Part shown: piece by piece, positions 28,501-37,500 of the stretch
Layout of the letters: every line of letters starts with the position of its first letter
Numbering within the stretch: position 1 is the stretch's first letter
Origin: Glycera tridactyla
Taxonomy: Eukaryota
Direction: 5' to 3'
NCBI GenBank assembly: GCA_965644265.1
Contig: OZ286461.1
Location: forward strand, 96,472,001 to 96,536,000
DNA length: 64,000 nt
Notes under the pieces: model-generated
The model's database searches: none
Told to the model about the DNA's origin: nothing
The model's input: only the letters and a program-made list of their open reading frames with translations
Made by a program: the position numbers and the translations under genes

Positions 28501-31500
28501 AAGCTATGGAACCCGTCGGAAACGTGCTACCGCGTGAGTGAAGATTCTTCTGTCTTTGCTGTTTGCTGAACTTTGATTTATTGCTCATATAAGACCCGCC
28601 AAGAAATGAGTCCAAGGTCTATTGATGGCAGCCACCAATGAGCGTGGGTCATTTTCTTTGAAGTGTTGCCATCGGGAATGATGTGGCCTAGATGTAGCAT
28701 CATCCCTTCTCTTTTTCTCAATAGTCGTGTGTGTGTGGGGGGTTGAGTGAAAACATACCTTCAAATTCTCTGTCATCTGTCTAGGCAATTTCTACCAAAA
28801 TTACAATCACCATGGTTTCTTTTTCCTCACCTCTTTTCTATCCCTCTAAGCTCTTATTTCTTCAGCAAAATGGTCTCAGGTGTAGGTAGCTAACGGTTTG
28901 CCTGTTGCAGATATTGTCGCTAAGCAAAAAGCAGGTACCAGGCACACCAGTTCTGGTTTACTAGGGCTGCGACTAGGTTACTAGGAAGTGTGATGGCATT
29001 GTATTGCTAGCTTTGGGATACTATAATTGTAAAGCTGGTTTGAAGTTGGCAGTTTTTTTAAATGGCCGCTACGGTTGAGTATTCTCCAAACCTAATGCTT
29101 TTCAATGTGTCAAGTACTGCACTTTGCAAAATGAGCATCGCTATCAGGCTAATGTTAGCTTCCACCCAGTCACATAGTTAGATATGCCATCAAGGTTTAT
29201 TATGTTTTGTGCAGAGTAGGTAGAGGTGTCTGAACTGTCAGCTACTCCTACTTGACAACCTTTCAGGTTGCCCATCATCTAGTGTTCAGGGTTTGTAGAG
29301 GAGAGAACAGCTAGCTTTCATTAACCAGGAATCCATGGCATACATAATCTTAGGGTTGATACAAGCCGTTAAACCGCAAACAATCCTTAATGCCAGCTAA
29401 CGATTTATATTTGTACACATGCCGGACAGTATGGATCAATTGTATTGGTAGGCGTGTGGTTCGATGTTCCAATAGCACTAGTTTAGCAATTCTTAATCCT
29501 GTACACCTAATGACCCGATTACTGACTCACACCCATCACCAGCTCAGCAACGCTATATCCAACCAGTCATATTTGTTACTGTTTTCAGAGATTGAGTTGG
29601 CCGTGGAGTTAGCTGAGGGAACTCTAGGACAGATGCTGTCCTTCTACCAGACCCTGCCAACAGTGGAGGACTTGGTCAACACTCAGACCAGTCTGACAAT
29701 ACAAGCCATCATACAGCTGGGTTCTGGACGCTGTCTGACACAGGAAGAAATCACCCCACTCAGTATTCTACTCTCTAGTATCCCAACATTGTAAGTAAGC
29801 TGGTGGAATAAGTAGTTTGTGATCTTACACTCAGAGCTACAAGCTAAGCATTACGTGGCTTGAAACATGGCATCAAATCCAATGCAAACTCAGGTCAACT
29901 GATAGAAGTAAATACCTCTTTCACATGAAGATTGGCTGGTCAGCCTCTCTCCATGGCAAATAATTTGAATTCGGCCTGAAGTGTCCTCTGTCAATTAGGT
30001 GATATTCCCTCACGTCATTTTGTTTCTTTTGATGAATTCAGTCTTCAAAACATTCATTTGATCAGGTACACCTTAATCTCGGAAATAAGATCTTTAAGAA
30101 ATTCAACTGCACTGAATATCAATTTATCGTGATGTACATGAATATCACCACTGGAGAGGACAGGATCTTCTGTGGGATCTTCACAGCAATACCACGCATC
30201 TGCAAAGTGTAATCGCGTAATCACCTGCCTGATCTTGTAATATTGTTTTGCCGCTGTAGGCTGGAGGAGGCAAGCAGTACGTTGGCGGAGCTACTGGAGA
30301 CTGCCGACCTGCCTGGAGAGATATTGCTGCCTGGTGATCTCGGCATGGACGTCGGGGTGGCCCTGGGAGCAGCTGTAGATGAACTGGTCGGAGATCTAAC
30401 GATGATGGTATCAGGGTTGAATGTGGCCCTTGAAAGCCAGGACCGAGTCGGCGTCTGCCTTGCTATGGAAACATTCCTAAGTATGCTCATCCTAAATTGT
30501 GAACGTGAATACATTACCAAAATTACTTCAAGATAATAGAAGACTATGAATATTGATGGCATAATTGACACTAGTCTGTCTAGTCCTAATGTGACTCTTA
30601 CGCAGATTGGCTGCGCGAATGCAATGGAATGAAATCGGTACATCCACTTTAGGTGGGCTGAGTATCTGAATATGGTCTGACAATCGCTGAAAGTTTCTTA
30701 CGAATTCGTCAAGAAAATTCGCGAATCGTGGCATAAGGGTGTGAAACCTACTCGTCCCCTTTCGATTCGACATTACTGATTCGAACTAGTGTTTGCGTCG
30801 TGGAGAGGGTTGGTGCTGCGCGATGGACATGCTGCCATCTACTGTGAGAAGTGTAAACTATCCTCTCTTCAATCACCTAAGCTCATCCACATTCATAATA
30901 TGCCTAGAACAATTATAATCCTATCAATGGGGCATTTGTCCGATCCAGATATGTACGCCTTGGTTGGACGACAGTGTGAGGTTTGTAGTATTCTGATCTC
31001 CGTATGAGATGCCTAGTTATTGCCCTTTATTCACCAATCATCAATGAACAATTGATCTGATCATTTGGAATATGGATGATACTCTTATAACCAGAGTTCT
31101 ATATACCGAATGTAGTGAATGGAACATGTTTCAGGTGAACTCTCTCCCAATATGGATCTGGATTCTCTTCTGGAGGAATTCCCGCCAGATATTGTCTCAG
31201 GTAAGCACTCGCATCAATTCAGTCGTGAAGTAGCATGCTCAAATGGGACCGGTATCGTCCAATACTCGACAATTTTTCTTGACAACAGTATCAGCTCACA
31301 CCTATCTGCCTGCCCGTCATGCCACCGCGATTTCTGCCCCAAATCAATGTATTTCCCCACCCCTTCTGATCCTGATTTGATCCTGATTTGATCCATCTCA
31401 TCTCCCGTTGTGGTTTCATCGTTTTCGGCTAGGTTGAGAAGGATTTCCTTGCAACATTCGCCGGTGGTGCGCCAGGGTTGTGTTGCACCGCCATCCACAT

Positions 31501-34500
31501 CCACCACTATTGTATCAGGTCTCTTGATTTCTAGAAATCCTGAGGAATATCCCCGCATCGGTAAATGAACATCTGCATGATATTTTCTATACTTCAAGCC
31601 AAACGCATCAGACACTTTTCCCAGGGTTTTAATCATCTTTCAAAACTCCGCCATGTTGTGGGATTGAATTATCGACATTTCTCTGAATTTTCAGACTTGC
31701 CTGAGCTTCTGGCGTCTGCCATCAGTGAGATCGGGCTACCAGCTGTGGAGACGCCAGTGACGGAGATGACGGAGGAGGAACGCCTGCAGATGGTGACCGC
31801 TGTCAGCCAGCTGGTGGGTCATGTGATGGATGCAGCTGGACTTGCCTACTGCCAGGATGCCCTGCCCCTGAATTACATCACCCTGGTCATGGGTAAGCAA
31901 TAATTCACAAATTCGGATCTCGAATGGGTGTCAGATTTGTAAATCTAATCACATTCGACCCTAGAATTGAGCCCGACTAAAAAACATAGCTATGCATATG
32001 CATAATGGATATATTCTGAGTATATTGCTTTACTCAAGGTAGGTTGAAGTACGCAACCCTTAGCTGTGTGAGTTCAGAATTCACCCATCGAAATACCATC
32101 AATCGTGATCGTGATAGCATTTTATTCAGTAAAGAACCCTTTTACAAAGGTCACCTGTCTAGAAGTCGGCTATTGGCGCGACCGAGGGTGGTCTTTGTAG
32201 GCAGGTACAACTGTACCTATACTAAGCGTGAATGCTCTATGCATGTGATTTAACTCTCCTGGCCAGATATGCAGGAGAGGGTTGGCTATATTTGATAAAG
32301 GTTCGCAGCTCACTATGTACCACTCTTCTCTTTCAATGCAGGTGATCTTGCCAATATTCTAACGATGCCCTTCCACCCTCTTCTGCACCATACCGTCATG
32401 ACTCTGCTGGATTCCCAGGGCTTGAACGAGGCCACCCTGGAACAGGTTCATCAGGTCCTTGTAATGAAGATGGACGACTTTGACACTATATCAACTGACG
32501 CATTTGCAGAGCATCTGGAGGCAATCGAGGGCGTTATTGGACGTGAGTATATTCTAATATCGTTTTTATACATCACCTGCATTCTATATTACTGGCGGAT
32601 TTACCGAACTTATCGGCTGTGAATCGGGTCAGGCCACAACACTCTTGCCACGAAGTGTTCGAAATTGATTTGGTGTCAGGGTACATGTTATGAGTGGTCT
32701 CCCGTGGAAATCCCATTTCTAGTAGGCGTGCTCATTTCAATCATATGTGGATTAGCGACAAGAACATACACATCAGGTTTGAACTTCATACCGGTCATTT
32801 CCAATCTGAAATGGTGCATTCCCACACCATTGCTGCGACTGATTTTCCGTGGAATTCGACTTCACATGTCGAAACATTTCTTAGTTGACCCCAATGCTGC
32901 GAATTTCTAGATTCATTGTTTTCAAACGATCATGATCGCCATATCGCTATGATTTCCCATGCAAACCATGGCCGATAACGTCGGCATATTGATCAATTGA
33001 TGCGATGGAAAAAAATCAATCCTCATGAAAACTTGGAAATCACGTCCAATAAAGCGTGGATTCACATTCCACTAATTCCTTTTTCCATGCATGGAGACCT
33101 TGTTATATATGGATTAGAGTTGCTCGGAAAATTCAAAAGATCACATGTTCACTCCAATTCTTATCCACTGAGTTTGGATTCGAATCTCCTATGTTTAATG
33201 TTTACAGCGCTGGAGTTGAGTATAGAGTTGACGGCGTCGGACCTGGTTGGATTCATGTCGGCCTACCGGCTCGCACCCTCGGTCTCTGAGCTGATCCCAC
33301 CCATGGCACAAGGCATGATTCAAACCCTCACACAACTAGGCTCAGGGCGCTGTCTAACCGAAGCCGAAATCACTTCCCTCAGTGCTCTACTCACCGGTAT
33401 ACCGGATATGTAAGTGACATGAAACTTCTAAAATCCTACTAAACTCCGTCGAATCCAAACTTGGCGGGTACGTTTCAGACGCGAACTTTGCCCTTTCTTG
33501 CCAGATTAAAATTTTAATGGCACGAATGTATGGAGGTCTTCCGACGATTATCGAATGTCTCAGTGACTCTGTATGCTTTTGAAGTGGGTGGTCGTGGGAT
33601 TATTTAGTGGGGTACAGGTATAAGGATGTGAGGTAGAGTAGCGGACAAGGTGAGGTATTGACAGACATGTAGATAAAGATGTGCATTTGCTAGCTATAGT
33701 AATTGGTGGACAAGCCCCGAGTCGGCCTCAAAAGTATGATTTGTGATATGATTTATATGCTCCCCGCTCTTGCCTAACTAATTGGAAAAAATCCAGCTCT
33801 TGCCCATTGCACTACCCCATCCTCCACCATTGATGCTGCCACCATTTAGTTTGTAATGGGTTTATTCAGATTCGTGATGTGCAAAGGCTATATTTGGGGA
33901 CAACAAAATGAATGAGGGTTGTGAGAAACGGCAACTACTCCTCAATTTGTGCAGACTTGGTTATAGATCTAAATGTTGAATCAATCTTTCGATTCGCCGT
34001 CTTGTACTTCCGGTATGCGCGCTACCTACAGGGAGAACTTTCGTAGATGAACACAACATGACCTACATGATCCCGTGACTCCCGACTAATCCATCATATT
34101 TTGTAGATTGGCAGAAGTAAACGTTGCCTTGATCGAAGAGATTAGTTTGAGTGGATTACCCGCATCACTGATGCTATCCTCGGAGCTGGAAAGCCAGTTG
34201 ATGGCACTTCTGGAAGCAGTCGTCAATACACTTGTTGGAGACCTGGAAGTGATCGTACCTGAACTCAATGAGGCACTCCTTGGTTCCAACGTCATTGGTA
34301 TCTCTAATATTGTAATAAACTTGATAGGTAGGTTTACTACGAGATCACATGAAAACACTAATCATTCACAGCAAGTATTTTGCTGCAGATATTACGGGGA
34401 ATTCAACATTGTACTGATCATACTGCCGACCTTTCTAATCCTATTATAAATTTCAGGGGATGGGAATGAGTAGGATAGTGAATGGTGAAAGCTGTCAAAT

Positions 34501-37500
34501 ACTGCGTGGTATATGCATGCACATGCTAGCTCATGGTATCTCCCAGAACGTCCCACTCACAAGGATAGCATTTCTGAAATTCAGTGGCATTAAAATATCA
34601 TAGACCAACTGCTTCAACTTGGGACATATATATCTTTGAAAGGTTTTCGGGGTGAGCGCAGTAGAACATAAGGTATCAGTGGGTGGAACAAATTACTTGC
34701 TTGATCTTCAATATACCATATGTGTCTGAGGCCTGTGGAGTAGATATCTCTATAGATCCCTCCAGATATTTCATGAAAGTGTGAATTACAGGACTTTAGC
34801 TGAACAAGATAATTGACTAGGTTTCAAGTGGCCGACCTTACTTTGTAGGTGATCTTCAGTCTCAACTGGACCTGGAGACCTTACTTGAGGAACTAACACC
34901 CGAGTCAGGTGAGTGATGGAATCTCCTCGTTTGGTATAAGGACAGTCGACCTGTATCTTTGATGTCGGTGATCAATTGGCATGGAACCTGCCATTGTTGC
35001 GATCCGGTCGATTTTCTACGAAAGGCTATCTATCCTTCACCTCTGCTCAGAAGTGCTTCAGCAATGGTGGTGCGGGTCTAGATGTCTTATTGGCGAGTGC
35101 GCTATGGATTTAGTCTTGTCAATCTTGAGGTCAGTCATAGTGGGAACTATTGCTTCCTGTCGGCTTCATAAAGTTGTTTCCAGGAGACTGCGATACATAC
35201 TTTCCTACATGAGAAATGATATTACCATTCACATCACTTTGTGCATATATGATTGGTTTCGTAATATTCAAACTGCTGTTACTTTCTCAATATAGCATGC
35301 CAATGTATTCGTGAATATTATCAGCACATTAAGCAATAAGATTGAAATTCGGCATTCTTGTTAATACATGCTGGTACAGTAAATATGAGTCAAGTGTATC
35401 AGTTATTGTTCTGACTTCATATCTGCTTGATAAGAGGCATTAGGTATACCAATCCATTATCTTTCATACCGATGCAAGTACTTAAAGAAAGTAATTGTAA
35501 TTAATTCACTTTTGTAGAGTTAGAAGTGCAGTTGGCTGCGGCTATAGAGGAGATAGGTTTACCAGTACCGAGTGGTACCCCGATGTTATATCTGACGGAC
35601 ACTCAACGTGCTTCTACCGTTAGCCTCATGAATGACTTGATACGCTACATCATCCAGCACTCTGAACAGGACTTCTGTGAGCAGGGCCTCCCAAGCAGCC
35701 TGCTCTCTCTCGTCTTAGGTAAGTGCTATATATCATGAATCCTGGTGTTTTTACAGGCGTATAACGGGTGCTTTTTGCTGAATGTGGGATCCGTCTCTTG
35801 CATAGTAGGTCGACAATAAGATAGTGTTGTGGTTTGAAGCGGTCCGGTCAGATCATACTTCCTGATTTTCCGTCATTGTAGTATTCACAACCATTTACCT
35901 GTATTACTCAACCGCCTGTCTCTGCTACTTATTTTGGATTTCCAGGTGGGGTTGCCAGGTTCAATTAGTTTTGCTACTTTATGTATCCCCCTCCTATAAC
36001 TTAAATTGGCCTCAGTGGTCCCTGACCGCATTCCCAATTACAGTACTTTGAATTATGGAGACAAGCCACTGGCCTACTCGTCTCGTAGGGAATTGTGGCC
36101 ACTTGTACATGAATATACATGAAAGCCCAAGATTTTGTTTGCAGGTGAATTGGATGCCTTCCTTACCTTCCCCTTCCATGGACCACTGAACTCTGCCATC
36201 CTGAGTTTGTTAGATAACGAGGGATTAGATGAAGCAACCCTGGCACAGGTACACCAGCTGCTAGAACTGAGGGTGCAACAGATGGACGATCTGCTCGACC
36301 AAGCCTTCTCTGACGAAATAGCCGAGTTAGAAGGAATTCTGCCTGGTGAGTTTCTCGATCAGTTGATCAGCCATTGTCAGAGCATCCGTGAGTATCTGAA
36401 CGATGCAAATCCATACGCCCAATTTAAGTTATTCCACCTGATCGTTAGTACTTTCGCCATATAGAAATCTACCGATATTGCATGATGCTTGAAACTGCGT
36501 ATTCACTACTGAAGCAGTGACTGAATCTTATTTTGGTTTTGATTCGGGGCATCTCCAGCTTCTTGTGGGCAAACACTCTCAATAAGCTGACTAGGCCAAA
36601 TGAGGTCTTGAGAGAACCGAATAGCCGTGATATTTTCCACGATACCAGACACGACTCGTCCATCTGCTTTAGCTTTTGGCTTGGGTTTATCAGAGCTAGT
36701 TCACTTCTGCGCCGAATCAGTATTAACAGCATGGGCTTCCGATTCTAATGTGTGAAGTGAATGGATGGCGGTGGTGTTGCAGATGTGGAATTGGCGTCGG
36801 GTCTTGCTGGTTCCTACCTAGCAGAGTACGTCGCGACGTATTTGAGTGGTACTCCAGTAGAGGACGTCGCCATTATGTTTGCTTCTGGCAAGTTTGAGGC
36901 CCTGCTGCAGCTCGGAAGTGGTAGCTGTGTCTCTGACTCCGAGATCAGCCTGATAGAAACGACCCTCACTCGCATACCCAGTCTGTGAGTAGTAGCCATG
37001 CAGAGAAGATACTAGTAGCTGCCTAAAGAAATCCCTATTAGATAAATACCCTTGTGGTCATACCCCTCCACATATCTCTTAACAGGCGCGGGCCGCTCAT
37101 ACCTTTACATGTTGGTCCACCATGATGGCCTTTGAGAATTAAATTCCATTGGTTCAAAAATCTGCTCCGATCTGATAAGATATAAACAAAACTTATCTAT
37201 CCATGGAAGTCATTGGTCATTCCCTAGCCAATCGTAATCATTGGACATCTGAACCTTTGCTGATTCTGATGTGGCAAGCTGAAGCATTTATGCCTATCAA
37301 CTATTGTTATTCACATGACTGGAGTTTTGTGGGGCGAGGACCACATGGAAAGTGTAATCAGGTCATGAACAGCACTCACATGGCCAACCATAGGCTTACG
37401 CACAATTTTGGCAGATTTTATTTAGCCCATGGAGTGTCTACATAAGCAGTCTTTGGCAATCCAAATCTGGTGTGTACGTGAGCTCTCCTGTGGTCATTGA

